A stretch of 64,000 bases of DNA, from NCBI GenBank assembly GCA_043228905.1, contig JBHGNT010000018.1:16926001-16990000 (forward strand). Direction: 5' to 3'. This DNA comes from Azolla caroliniana (Eukaryota > Plantae > Polypodiophyta). This document shows, piece by piece, positions 49,578 to 63,397 of the stretch. The position numbers were made by a program, and so were the translations under genes. Under the pieces are notes generated by a model. That model was given only the letters and a program-made list of their open reading frames with translations, did no database searches and had not been told where the DNA came from. Each line of letters begins with the position of its first letter. Within the stretch, counting starts at the first letter, position 1.

Positions 49578-52500
49578 TGTCGAATACAAGTGTATAATGG
49601 ACGTATTCACACTATCCCTTTGTATAGCCCAAGTTTGGGGCATTTGTGTAATTAGCAGAAAGGGTAGTTGCCCTAAGTCGGTCACTATATATAGTGACCT
49701 TGTAACCTTTTTGTAAGGTTGGGTGTTGTATTATTGCTTTGTGGAAGAGAAAGTCTTTTGTGTGTGTGTGTGTCTCTCTCTCTCTCTCTCTCTGTGTGCA
49801 ACGACCTACAATCTATCATACGCAGGTACTTCAAACACCAATCGAATGCTTCTTGATCTTCCGCATAGACGACCTCGTCTCCAACATCTGGTATCAGAGC
49901 CTGCACAGTAGTCGGTCCTTCAATCCGCTGTCGGCCGTCGTCTCAGCCTGCACAGCATTCGGTTTCCTGCGTCATTCGAAGAAGAGAGAAGAAGAAGAGA
50001 AACGAGGCTTGCATCTCATCACGTTAGATCATCTTCGCTTGGAGTAAGCGAGCAGGTTGTACTCTGTCCCTTGTGATCGTAACCGCTCGAGGTGAAATCC
50101 CCTTGTGCAACATTGACACGATCGTGCTCCATTCGGTTAAACGGCATCCGAAGAGGTCATCAAACGTTGCTCGCCGCTCATTGTAACCACTCGGTGCAGA
50201 TCGGTCTCAAGACAACAACCCAAATTCGTGCTTCATCTGGCTGATCAACATTCGGGAGGATCAGTTGGATCCGTCTCTCTCGTTGCTGCAGTCAACCGAA
50301 GCAGAATCGGTCCAGATAATCGGTTTCAATAATCGGTATTCGGCATATATATCCGAAGCGAACCGGGCTCACTCCGACTCGACAACATTCGGGAAGACCA
50401 GTCGGTTCTGTCCCTCAAGCTACCGGAGTCAATTCGAGCAAGTTCCGAAGCCGAACCGACTCGGGTTCAAATCCGACTAGAACGATATCGGGTGAGCCAA
50501 CCGGCTGCACTCCAACAAGGTTCGTAGTCAACTCCGAACCGAGCTTCGTCAACCGAAACCGAATTTGATGGCATCAACATCCGGCTCGTCAGAAATGAGT
50601 CTACGAAAGTTCGATGGATCGAACTTCAACTTCTGGAAGGAACAAATGCAGGACTATCTCATAGTCAAGGGGCAAATCGATCCCATCGAAAATGAAGAAC
50701 CTCCAGAAGGATACAAACCAATTGAGTGGCAGAAGCTGGACAGAATCGTCCGCGCCACGATTCAGATGCACCTATCGGAATCGGTATACTTTACGGTGCA
50801 ATCGTGTACGACAGCATTCGAACTGTGGAAAACACTGTCGGACACTTACGAAAAGAAGGTCGCCGCAACGAAGATGTTTCTGATCCGGCGCCTCTACAAC
50901 TTGCGGATGAAAGAATCCGATTCGGTTCAAGCACACCTCAATGAGTACGAAAGCATAAGCTCCCAAATCTCATCTCAGGGGACGGCAATCGAGGATGAAC
51001 TCAGAGCAATGATACTCATGAGCAGCCTTCCCTCATCATGGGAAACTTTCGTCACAACTGTGTGCAACGCGTCAACCACGGCTGTTAAATACTCCGAAGT
51101 CACGAGCGCAATCCTGACCGAAGCAGCTCGGAGAAAGTCTTTCGCCAAAGACTCAACAGACGACGCTTATGTAGTACAAGGTTCGACAGACCGATCGAAC
51201 ATACGAGGAAGAGATTCCTCACGACCGCCGAACAATCAGCGAAGACGGAGCCAGTCACGGGATAACCGAATCTGCAACTACTGCAAGAAACCCGGACACA
51301 TCAAAGCCGACTGCCGCGCACTCAAGAACAAGAACGACAAGTCTCAGAGATCAGACAAGAAGAGTGGCCGGCATGAAGAGATCAATTACGTCAGCTTCTC
51401 AGCTGATGTGCTACCAAACGACCCGAATATACTATCAATCGAAAATCCAGTCGGATCAGAAGTTCTGCTCACGACTGAAGAATCGAGCACATGGCTCTTA
51501 GATTCGGGCGCGTCATTTCACGTGACTCCTCATCGGTCCCAATTTCGGCAATATACGATCCGTCACTCCGACTCAGTTCGAGTCGGCAACTCGCAACACT
51601 GTGACATCATCGGAATCGGCACAGTAGAGCTCAACCTTGCAGGTGGCTCTACACTTGTACTCCACAATGTCCGACATGTACCCGAGCTCTCAAGGCCATT
51701 GATCTCAGTCGGACAACTAGATGAAGACGGCATTCGTGCCGGTTTTTCTTCGGGAGGGTGGACACTCCACAGGGGGAACCTCCTGCTTGCTAGAGGACCC
51801 AAGATACACTCCCTGTATCCGTTACATGTTACGCTCAGAGAGGGTAACCTGTTTTTGGTGGATATTCCTGTGTCATCACTATGGCACAGAAGATTAGGAC
51901 ACCTCAGCAAGGCCGGCATCACGCATCTATCTAGAGCCGGATACATCCCCAAACTCTCCTTCTCCGACCATCAATTCTGCGAGCATTGCCAGTATGGCAA
52001 ACAAGCAGCCGCATCACACCCGACATCAGCACCAAGAGAAACGAGACCTCTCGATTTAGTCCATTCGGACGTCTGTGGCCCAATGCCGCATCAGTCTCTA
52101 GGCGGTGCCTCTTACTTCGTCACTTTTATTGACGATTCGACTCGAAAGGTGTGGGCTTATCCGATTCGCACCAAAGATCGGGTCTTCTCGATCTTCTCAG
52201 ATTGGCTCGCTATGGTAGAAAATCAAACCGACCGAAAACTGAAATGCTTTCGGACCGACAATGGGGGAGAGTTCAAATCCGATGAATTCATCAAATTCTG
52301 CCGACAACGCGGCATCCGACGTGAATTTACGGCACCACACAGTCCGGAGCAAAACGGGATTGCAGAACGAATGAATCGGACAATCCAAGAAAGGATAGTT
52401 TCCATGCTCCAACACTCCGGACTGTCGGATGGCTTCTGGGCAGAGGCTCTACTCACGGCAGTACACATAATCAATATGTCGCCAAGTAGACCTCTAGGAC

Positions 52501-54975
52501 TTCAAATTCCTCAGGAACTATGGATCGGCAGTAAGCCGAATTACGACAAGCTGAGGATCTTCGGATGCGAGGCGTACGCCCTTATTCCGAAAGATGATCG
52601 CCGAAAACTTGCACCTCGGTCCAGGAAATGCATTTTCCTTGGATATGGATCAGACGGCGAAATGGGATACCGACTCTGGGACCCCGAACGCAGACAAATC
52701 GTTCGAAGTTCAGACGTTGTGTTCAACGAGTCGGCTATGAATCCATCAATCGAAAAACCGATCGAAGTCCGAAGGGTAACATTTTCCGATGTGCCGACCC
52801 TTCAAGAAGGCCCCGCTCTCAACACACGGTCAGCTTCACGGGTAGCTGAACCTTACACTACCGACTCGGACAACCCCGACTCGGCACAGCAGAACAATCC
52901 GCTTTCGGACCATCCGACCACGATACCCGATGCGACCAGTCCAATCATACCTCGACGATCCGAGAGACTGTCGCAACCTCCGGAGAGGTACTCTCCTGGA
53001 ATTTTCTTCACCGACGCCGGCGAACCGACGTCTTACGAAGAAGCATCGACATCTGTCGATTCAGCCACCTGGCATCTGGCGATGGAGTCGGAAATGCACT
53101 CCATTCGGGCAAACAAGACTTGGGATCTGGTCGAATTACCTAAGAATCGACGTGCTCTTCCTTGCAAGTGGGTTTATCGACTAAAAGAGACGTCTGATTC
53201 GACCACCCCAAAGTACAAGGCCAGATTAGTTGCGAAGGGCTTCCGACAAGAATATGGTGTCGACTTCGACGAGATTTTTTCACCAGTGGTGAAAATGACA
53301 ACCCTTCGTTTTCTACTCGGCGTAGTGGCAGCCGACAACTTGGAGTTGATTCAGCTAGATGTCAAAACAGCATTCCTCCATGGTGATCTCGAGGAGGAAA
53401 TTTATATGGAGCAGCCAAAAGGCTTCGTGGCAACTGGCCAAGAACATCTAGTCTGCCGACTCAGGAAGAGTCTATACGGCCTCAAACAGGCACCGCGACA
53501 ATGGTACAAGAAGTTCGACGACTTCATCCAATCGATCGGCTTCTCAAAAAGCGATGAGGACCATTGTCTTTTTACCAACACAGCTCAAGATGGATCACCC
53601 ATCTTCCTCATCATCTACGTGGACGACATGCTAATTTCTGGACGCCACGCGGGCGAACTTGCCGATCTCATTCGGCAACTGCGGTTGAAGTTTGCCATGA
53701 AGGACCTCGGTCCGGCACGACACATCCTTGGCATGAAGATTAGTCGGCATCGCGATAAACGACATCTTTTTTTTGTCTCAGACCGACTATATCGGACGTG
53801 TCTTGGAACGCTTCAACATGCAATCAGCCAAATCTGCTTCAACCCCGCTCCCCATGAATCTTCGGCTCTCTCAGCGAGACTGCCCGACATCCGGCCCGGA
53901 GGGGGAAGATATGAAGTCGGTACCGTATGCACCGGCAGTCGGCTCCCTTATGTACCTGATGGTCGCGACACGGCCTGATATTTCTCATGCCGTAGGAGTC
54001 GTTAGCAGATTTATGCACAATCCTGGCCGATCGCATTGGAACGCAGTCAAGCATGTGTTCAGATATCTGGCTGGCACAAAAGACCATGGCATTCTTTTCG
54101 GTCCGAACCGAACCTCAGGCGTAGTCGGTTACACCGACTCGGATTTCGCCGGCTGTATAGACAGTCGGAAATCAACAACCGGATACTGCTTCAAATTCGG
54201 CAATGGAGCAATCTCGTGGAAGTCGAAACTTCAGGAGTGCACAGCGACCTCAACGACCGAAGCAGAATATGTAGCTGCGTCCGACGCAGCAAAAGAAGCT
54301 TTGTGGCTCGGTCTGCTGGCGCACACGTTTCGACAAGTCGACCATGACTCGGCTCCAGTTGTCTACAGCGACAGTCAAGGTGTTGTTGCCTTGTCGAAAA
54401 ATCCGGTTCACCACAACGCCTCCAAACATATCGACGTTCGATATCACTTCGTTCGGGACTGCGTCATTTCAGGGAAAATCGGTCTAGAGAAAATATCCAC
54501 AACCGACAATGTCGCAGATGGAATGACCAAGTGTCTTTCGGCAGACCGTTTTCGGTCTCTTCGGCATCAGATGGGCGTAACGACAAACCAGTCCGGTTAG
54601 AGCCGGACACAGAGCAGGATGGTTCCCGACAACCGACATCAGTTCCTTAATGATCGGCTTCAACTGTTCCGACCCGACCAGTTCGGTCTTCTGCCTTCGG
54701 ACCCTGCCGACTCGAACAAAGCTGATATGTCCGAGAACCTAAGTCTATACCTGTAATCTTAGATAACCCATGTATACGCCCATTACGGGGGAGTGTCGAA
54801 TACAAGTGTATAATGGACGTATTCACACTATCCCTTTGTATAGCCCAAGTTTGGGGCATTTGTGTAATTAGCATAAAGGGTAGTTGCCCTAAGTCGGTCA
54901 CTATATATAGTGACCTTGTAACCTTTTTGTAAGGTTGGGTGTTGTATTATTGCTTTGTGGAAGAGAAAGTCTTTT

Positions 54976-55009
<34 letters not shown>

Positions 55010-55098
55010 GCAACGACCTACAATCTATCATACGCAGGTACTTCAAACACCAATCGAATGCTTCTTGATCTTCCGCATAGACGACCTCGTCTCCAACA
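49578..55098 (+). mobile_element. Near-intact young Copia element L
   Basis: LTRs 49578-49886 and 54794-55098 are nearly identical; perfect TSD CTCTG; PBS TGGTATCAGAGC 49889-49900; PPT ACGGGGGAG before 54794. Confidence 0.97.
50565..54600 (+). CDS. Copia L gag-pol polyprotein with one frameshift at a T8 run (~53767-53774)
   Basis: 1137-aa ORF plus 275-aa ORF contain gag CCHC, WLLDSGAS, HHCC, HSDVC, TDNGGEF, YVDD and RNase H. Confidence 0.95.
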
Positions 55099-56112
55099 CT
55101 CTGGTTACATGTTTTCTCTCGGTAGCGCAGTTGTTGCGTGGAGCAGCAAAAAGCAGCCAATAGTGGCTCTGTCGAGCACTGAGGCTGAATATTGGGGCAC
55201 TACCAATGCCACCTATGAAGCCATCTGGCTTCGGCGATTGCTGCGTGACCTCCGGATCGAGGTACCGACCCCGATCCTCATCGACTGTGACAACATGAGT
55301 AGCAGCATTCAGCTCGCCAAGAACCCCGTGTTCTGTGCTCGAACGAAGCACATAGAAGTCCACTATCACTTTGTGCGTGAGCGGGTTTTGAGCGGTGAAG
55401 TTGAACTTCGGTACGTTCAAACGGATTGGCAAGTTGCCGATATCTTCACCAAACCACTCGAATCGGACAAGTTGCAGCACATCACCGAAATGCTTGGTGT
55501 TCAGCATCTCGACATGCCCCACTTGAGGGGGAGAAAGGAAACGGAACGGATGGCACCGGACAAAGAGCCGGAGAGGAAGAAAGAACCAATAAAGGGGGAG
55601 ACAAAGGGAAAAAGGAAGCCGAGTCGATGAAGGGAGTCGGCACATCCGAACAAGTTGGAGCAAGTGGCAACGGCGGCAGAGTCAAGAACGATAGAGAGGA
55701 CCGGAAGAAGAAGGCCAAGACCTGGACATGGTCTGATGTGGTGAAGGGCCTAAAACCAGAAGACAAGTTGGAGAACACCGATTCGGACAAGAGCGGGAAC
55801 AAATCGGAGACAGCCGATTCGCTTCAATAGTTGGATTCGAAGGAGCCGGATCAACAAAAGGCCAAGCGGACATGGACACAGCGGAAGTCGATGCCAACAC
55901 GGAGGGACCAACAGGTCGATAAGTGCCGGAGTCACAGCAACGAGGGAGCTGAAATGGGCCTGTTGAGCAGACAAGCCGACCGAGGAGGTTGAGGTGCGTA
56001 GAACCAGAAGGATCGCGGAAAATAGGACCGAACCGGACGAGGAGTGCAAGCAAGGTGGAGCGACGCCAAAAGGAGCCAGGTAGAAGAACCAGATGCCACT
56101 GACACTAACACC

Positions 56113-57300
56113 ACGATCCATGTGATACATGTTGCAGAGTAAAAATGCCAAGGCATCATCCATATGTTTTATTAGAACCATTACCAATTCCAAGCAAGCC
56201 GTGGCAATCCATTGCTCTAGATTTCATCATAGATCTTCCAGTGTCTAAGGGATTCAATGCGATTTTAACAATAGTAGATCGATATACGAAGATGACTCAT
56301 TTCCTGCCATGCACTAAGGAAATCTCCAGTGAAGAAACCACTGAAATTGTCATGCGTGAAGTATGTCGACATCATGGCCTTCCTGATAATATCATCAGCG
56401 ACCGTGGACCCTAGTTCATCTTGAAATTCTAGAAGCACCTTTTTAAAATGCTCAAGGTCACTTGTAACCTCTCCTCCGGCTACCACTTGCAAACCGACGA
56501 CCAAGCAGAACGAACAAATCAAACGTTGGAGCAGTATCTTCGGTGCTTTCTAAGCTATCATCAGGATGACTGGGCGGATATTCTCCACATTGCCAAATTT
56601 GCCGATAATAACTCTGTCCACTCATCGACTAAAGTTACGTCATTTTATGCTTATACGGGTTGTCACCCCCAGTGGTGTGTATTTGAAACCCCAGAGTTAC
56701 CCACAAATCCTTGCGTAGAGGATCGTTTGGAGCGGTTACGCAAGACACAAGCAGATTTATCTACTCATCTATAGCAAGCTCAACAAATACACAAGTTTTA
56801 CGCGGATCATCATCGGCTTCCATCCAGTTTTAACATTGGAGATCGGGTATGGCTACTACAACGACACATCAAGACTACTCGCCCATGCGAGAAGTTGGAT
56901 TATCGGCAATTAGGTCCTTTCCGTATTATCGGAAAAATTAATTATGTCGCTTTTCGTCTCGATCTACCCCTGCAACTTCGCATACATCCAATGTCTCATA
57001 GTTCTCTCCTCGAACCCTATCAAGACAACACCATCCCAGGACGTATTCCACAACCTCCACCCCCGATCGAACTTGAAGATGGACCTGAGTACGAGGTTGC
57101 CGCCATCCTCGATTCCAAGATTGTTCACAACAAGCTCTACTATTTAGTCGATTGGCTAGGATATAGTCCCAACGAGTGTACTTGGGAACCAATAGAGAAT
57201 GTGACCAATGCTCGTGCTCTTCTTGAAGACTTCCATCATCAATATCTAGATAAACCAGGTCCTCAATCCAAAACGACTCATGACACTCGTCGTTTTAAAG
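56113..57300 (+). pseudogene. Element F integrase with chromodomain
   Basis: PWQSIALDFI, ISDRG, LGPFRI, EYEVAAILDSK...YYLVDWLGY...TWEP. Confidence 0.92.
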
Positions 57301-57309
57301 GGGGGATAA

Positions 57310-57605
57310 TGCCATGATATGGCAAGACTCGAACCCATGACCTTATGTTACATAGGTCAAGCTCTTGACCATTACACTATCTATTGTAATACATAAAATA
57401 TTATTTTTATTTAAGTTTTACTATAGAAAATTAATGTATATTCCAGATTTCTCTGGAACATTCTAGAAGCTTCAGGATTACTCATGAGAACACTATAAAA
57501 GGAGGCACAAGGCATTATTTCGAACCAAATTGGTTCAACGCCAGTCTTAAGCCTCCCAGCCATCCTTGTATACTCTTCTCACATAATATATCGTTGTCAT
57601 CATCA

Positions 57606-57665
<60 letters not shown>

Positions 57666-57759
57666 CTTCTCTCGAGTGTTCTACACCCTCTATTCCACTT
57701 AGTACTAATATTCCTCTCTTAGTACTAATTTCTTCTCTATCTCAGTACTATTCCTGACA
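57310..57759 (+). repeat. 3' LTR of chromovirus F
   Basis: Direct repeat of 37870-38327. Confidence 0.92.
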
Positions 57760-58609
57760 GCTACACGAAAGCTCCAACTCCGACAGGAGTTGAATAACAT
57801 GCATAAGAGGGATATGCTGATCACCATCTATACCTTGAAGATCAAAGGGTTGTGCGACACCCTCGGATCGATCAATGTCATCATCGATGATGAAGAAATG
57901 GTGCAAATATGCCTCGGCGGATTGGCACCTCGATTCGGCATGATTAGATCGGTCATTCTCACAAGGGAGAATCCACCTTCCTTTTTCGACGTTCAATCAA
58001 GATTCAATACTATTGGTGGAGGAAAATCATGCCCGACAAAGGAGCAATGCACCCGATGGTCAGATGCTTTACTCCCAGTCGGATGATAGAAGAGGATTCG
58101 ACTCGGGAGAGGGCAACAGAGTCAACCGACCCGAGAAAGCAACGCCTACCAATGGCAAGATGGTAGGAGCAATCCTAGAGAGTTTGGTGGAAGGGGGGTC
58201 CATCCTACTAGACCGAACCATCGCAATAACCCGATCAAATGCGGGTGCTATGGAAAACTCGGCCACTATGAAGAGGAGTGCCGAAAGAAGCAACGAGAAT
58301 TGGCTTCGATTAGTCAACAACTCACTAACTATGCTTCGAATTCGGACTATGACGATCGTGACGGAATGTTCATGATGAGGCACAAAGCACATTCAATGTC
58401 GACACAAGGTGAGACAAGCACCTCTCCTTCGGATAATGTATGGTTTGTCGACTCGGGTGCGCATCCAATCATATGATGATGTCCCACAAAGATTGGTTCC
58501 AAGAATTACGAAAGCCTTATCGGCTCGACTATGCTGAAACCAGAGATGATACAACTCACTTGATTCGGCATGTCAGAAATGTCCCATTCGGGAAAGAAGC
58601 AAAGTGCAA

Positions 58610-59935
58610 TGAACTAGATGGAAAGCGAACTGTTAACGCTTGTCATATAAACAATCATCAAGGCTATAGACAAGTTTATTGGAGAGGAAATCACTCTATT
58701 CCTTGAGTTCTACGGATAGAGATGGCTAGCAAAGGGGCAACTTGGGTACATATGGTATCGCAGATCAATCGGGTCTACACATTTGATGTTTGAGCGAAGG
58801 TAATGGAATTGCAGGATAAATTCCATAAAGACTAGGCCGTGTCCAGTCAAGCATTGCTTGAAGAATATATGCTAGACGACCAGACTCGGATGTCAAAGAA
58901 TTGCTTTCTCAAATGGATCAAGAAAGTAGATAAAGGACTCTCACTCTCATAGTTACTGAGGGACTTCAAGAAGAGATATAATGAGCTCTCAGTAAGAGAC
59001 CAAGAACTATTGCATTCAGAAAATGTAGAATTATTCATCTGAATGGCAAATAAATCCCTCTAGAAAGATCACACCATTCTTCTACAGGATTGGACAAGTA
59101 TGACAAATTTAGTGCCTAACTAGGTGAACAAAGGCTACCAAAGAATATCCAAAACAAGAATCAGGAACCCGAACGGATGTTGGCAAAGGAAAAGAGCGAG
59201 AGTAAGAGATCAATGACTGAGAAAGGGAATGAAGGATATACAAATCAAGTCGGCAAATCTTGAGAAGGGTGAAAGAAAGGCTAAATATGTCTGCCAGTGC
59301 ATACGGTGCAATAGCACAAAGCCCCTTAAAAGGGATTTTCAAAGTCACAAGGAGGTATTGGAAAGAAATATTATCTTCTACCAAAATGGGAGTATCCACT
59401 CCTCTAGGACCCCAAAACCCCTAAAATCCAACTTCAACAAACGTGGGATGAAGAAATGGATGGAGGATGTAGAGTCGAAGAATGTTCAAGCGATGTACTT
59501 TTCAACTACCTCCGAATTGAAGGTTGTTGATCACCATATCAGATCAAGAGTCTGGGGAAAGATAATCAAGTCGGCTAATGACTAACGGAAGATAGACAAC
59601 AAGATAAGGAGTAGTACTCTAGAATGACGCAGTAGATTCACTAACATTGATCGCCAAGATAGCAAGGGTGAACGCCCATGAGTTCTGAGTCGAAGAAAAA
59701 AGAAGAAGAATTGAAAAGAGGGTCTGTCAAGAAGACCCAAGAACAAATGAGACAAGAAATGGAATGAGTTGTTGCGGAGGTGATGAAGGAAGACAAAGAG
59801 AAGCAGAAGGTCGCCCCATCATTCAAACTTGCCTCCAACATCAAAACATCCACCAACCTAAAAAGAAGTGCTAGAATCCAGGATTCTCAATAGCAAAATC
59901 GAGTTGTCACTTTGAGAAGTCTTGGGGATCACAAT
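58610..59935 (+). pseudogene. Highly degenerate gag remnant of the E lineage
   Basis: LLEEYMLDD resembles E LLEKYGLDD; VLESRILNSKIELSL*EVLGIT resembles E VLEERILDSKMELSLREVLGIT. Confidence 0.7.
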
Positions 59936-60768
59936 GAAAGATAGAGTATGTATTGCATCGATAGATGGCGCAACTATAGTAGAAGATTTTAAAGAAAGAA
60001 ATTCCAAAAAACTGAAAAAAGATTTATCAGGTAAGTATGATTAATTCAAAAGGAAAGTTAGTGCATATATTTTAATAATATAGTTTTAAAGATGCAATAG
60101 GAGAGTTGGAGTTTTTTATCAAAGAGCATTAGGATGAAGACCTTCTTGAAGAGGGCTAGAATGAAGTGGTGTGAAATTGCCCACAACTGTGCAAGCTCAA
60201 AGGGGGCGGATGTCTTAGATTCACGATATGTAAACAATGTTAAAAAGCTGGAAAAAGACTTCTACCACCTAGAATTAGACAAGGAGCGCATTGATTTTAT
60301 GGTTTATGAATCGTGGTCCGGAAACCCTCAAGTCGTGACAGAAAGAGAAGTTGGGATCAATACTTTCATAGTTTCAATTATGATGAGGAATATGATAGGT
60401 TTAATGAGAGTCATGAACAAGAGAGGAAGTTAGGAAGAGACAAAGATTTTACATCTAATCGTGATGATGGTGATTGTGATGATAATAATGGTACACGTGT
60501 TTTAGGGTTATATTTTGATGCTGATTGTGATAAGGGAGAATGTACTATTGATTGTGAGGGTGAGTGTGATGATAAGGGTGAGGGTTATGATGATAAAAAA
60601 CTATGTACTTTCTGTGGATATGGTTATGACAAGGTTAAGGGTAACGATGAGGGGGAGGGTGAGAGTGAGACTAGAGATGATGATGATAAGGAATTGTGTG
60701 TTTTAGGTTGCCTTGGGTTACTTCATAATAGATTCTATAAGGGTTTCACTAAATCAAATGGTGATATT

Positions 60769-61800
60769 TGTTGAGCGGACAAGCTCAATCAGATCCGGAT
60801 CCGCTAAACAAGCTAGAGCCAGAACAGAGAACCGGATCAGTGTCCGGATAGTATCCGAAACCAAGAGCTGGATCGGATTGGAACCAGTAGGCTGTTAGAG
60901 GCTTGCAAATCTAGCCTAGTACATAGGCATACTTTTAGGAGTCAGTGTCAGTTGCTCGTATGAGCATTGAAGTACTTATCAATCCTTTTAAGGACCTGTA
61001 TACAAGTGCTCACTTAGCACATTATATGTATAGAGTGTTGTCATTTTTTAATTGAGATATTGTTCTACTCTCTATCTCTGTCTCTCCTGCTCTATGTCTC
61101 TGTGATTCAAGCTTCCATTAAACCTTGTCTCTGTTTTCTACTGCTATCCGGATAAACCGCTTTGTTATAGCTTCCGCATATTGACTTTTACATGGTATCA
61201 AAATGCGAGGGTTGAGACGGTTCACGAGCAAATAGAAGGGGAAGAAGAAGATGCCAGAATACGTCCTCGGCAGAGACGAGTCGGATCAAAGCGAATCCGG
61301 CTCCGAAAAAAACAGTGACGGCCCTTCGGAAAAGAAGTTTGTGTCAGCCAAGAGGACCGCGAAATCAAAGAATCAGGAATTGCGTCGATCCACCTGCTAG
61401 AAAAACCCCGTGAAGAGGTACGGTTACAATGAGTATATGACGCATCATTGTGCGTACATGGTGAAGGTGGCAGTCGTGCGTGAGCTAGAGAGCTACGCAA
61501 AAGTAGCTAAGGACCCGAATTGGTAGAACGCCATGGAGGAAGAGATGCAGGCGCTCACGAAGAATGAGACGTGGAACTTGGTGGAAGTAATGAAAGTAGT
61601 GAATCCAATCGGTTGCCGGTGGGTATACAAGGTTAAATACAACACCAAAGGCTCCGTCAATCGGTACAAGGCCCGGTTAGTGGCAAAGGGCTACATGCAA
61701 CAGCACGGCATCGAGATGTTTTCACTGGTCGCAAAGATGGCGATCGTTCGTGTCTTGCTTGTAGAGGAAGTAGCAAAGATGACGATCGTCCGTTTCATTG
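60769..61800 (+). mobile_element. Internally deleted Copia family A copy (LTR 60769-61192, PBS, RT start)
   Basis: LTR homologous to 37075-37545; TGGTATCA at 61193; jumps straight to the pre-RT linker and EEEMQALTKNETW. Confidence 0.87.
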
Positions 61801-63397
61801 GATTTGCATATACACCTTAAAGGGCCATCATATTCCTTAGTATTTGTAAAACCTTGGTTGCAAAAACAAAACAAAACAAAATACAAGATTGGAGTAAAGG
61901 TATCATGAACTGATTACAATCGAAGGCGTTCAACATCTTCTCTAACAAAGTTGCAAAGCAGAAGGACTCATCTACCTAAAATAGCAAGAAAGAAGGGGAG
62001 AGTGTAACACGTGGTGAATATTCATCTAATTGGGAGGAGAATGCATCCTACATGGTTTGTGAGAAGGAAGGAGAAGTCATTGAAGAAGAAAACATTACCA
62101 CCTTGAAGGAAAAAGGATAAGAAAATTTCCAACAATATCCAAAGAGAAGAACATCAAAAGGATGTAAGTGTGTTAAGAAAGAATTAAAGTTGATGGATCA
62201 AAGCTCAAAGCAATTCAAAAGATAATAACTCCAATAAATCTCAAGGCTTCAGAGGTATTTGTGCATAATGTTTGCTTGCTTGAAATGTTTATTCATAGTT
62301 GACACTCATGGTCCTACTTATGTTCCAAGAGAGGATGGTGACCTAGCAATTCTAATGCCCTCTTTTTATTTGTTTTCACAAGAAAGAAGATCGTGATGGT
62401 GATTGTCAATGTGTGTATGGGTAGGTGGGTGTCCCTAGAAGTATGAGGTTTTCTTCCACTACTTAACGAGGTTTTTTACTCACAGAATAATTTGATATGT
62501 TTTCTTTGTATATATGCTCCTTTCTCTATAGCCTACAGTAAGGCAAAAGACCATTTTACTTTTCCCTTTACTTTGTTTCACCCAACAAGCAAGGAAGACG
62601 GCTAAATGTGAAGTTCAATTTTGTTCAAAAGAAAAGATAGTTGCAAATATGTCGGACACTAAGACACTCAAGAGTGGAGGCCAACACGAGGATTCGAGCA
62701 TCAAAACAATCAAAGAGGTAAGAAACTCAAATGGATAAAGATAAAAACATTTTTCAAAAAAGTCAGAAAGTAGAAAAAAATGCACGTCGTGCATAAACTT
62801 TGTGTATATGGGGCCATTGTGTTCATGGTCCATTTTAGTGGAAAACCCTTGGCGTGAGGGCACAATTGAAGAGTAGTGTGAGAAAAGGAGGTAGGCACTC
62901 TCAAGCATATATGATGTGTTCCACCCGTAATCTTATGTGATCCATGGACTTCCTATGTTGTAATTTTTTTATGACCATAGTGACCCGAGAGGTCGTGAAA
63001 AGTGTCCTCCATGGTAGGTCAAGGTGTAGAAGGCATAAGAATGGTGGCTGGTTTGGAACTTGTGGTAAAGACTCTCTATATATGTGTGCCAAAGTGTAAG
63101 GATCCTCGATGGGTTGTTAAGGGTCTTGGTTCCCGTAGTTTGTTCCATGCAATGGCGCAATCGCTACTCATGAGCATATACTAGTCATGACCATATAGTA
63201 GACTTAAAAGGAAGAAATATAGTAGACTTAAAAAAGAAGAAATAGGAGAGAGCATTGTACTCATATAGAAAATAAAGTGTGGACAAAATGGGGGACAAAA
63301 TTTTATTAATATCTCTCTCTCTCTCTCTCTCTCTCTCTACAGTTCCAATGTTTCGGTCAACTTATACAGCAAAAGGCAGTGAGGGTCGTGTCTTTTG

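Larger units (their letters stand above)
47817..56110 (+). mobile_element. Degenerate Copia family A copy M, interrupted by L
   Basis: IN-RT-RH remnants at 47817-49577 and 55099-55630 (RRSTSG|YMFSLG restored across L); WSDVVKGL tail. Confidence 0.9.
37870..57759 (+). mobile_element. Chromoviral Ty3/Gypsy element F (Tcn1-like) hosting H, I, J, M and L
   Basis: LTRs 37870-38327 and 57310-57759; PPT AAAGGGGGGATAA 57297-57309. gag with CCHC 38481-39524, PR LLDSGA, RT 40969-41660, IN plus chromodomain 56113-57300. Confidence 0.92.
37546..58600 (+). mobile_element. Copia gag remnant G (family A-related), split by chromovirus F
   Basis: MGSALPTEKLDKTNFASWEYKM at 37560-37869 continues as RKLQLRQELNN...WFVDSG at 57760-58600. 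Confidence 0.8.

Noticed and set aside
54935-55630. 231-aa ORF with a hydrophobic N-terminus fused to RNase H
   Set aside because: Chance read-through from L's 3' LTR into host element M.
61800-63280. Possible TE remnants in the AT-rich flank
   Set aside because: No termini, TSD or protein motif could be supported.
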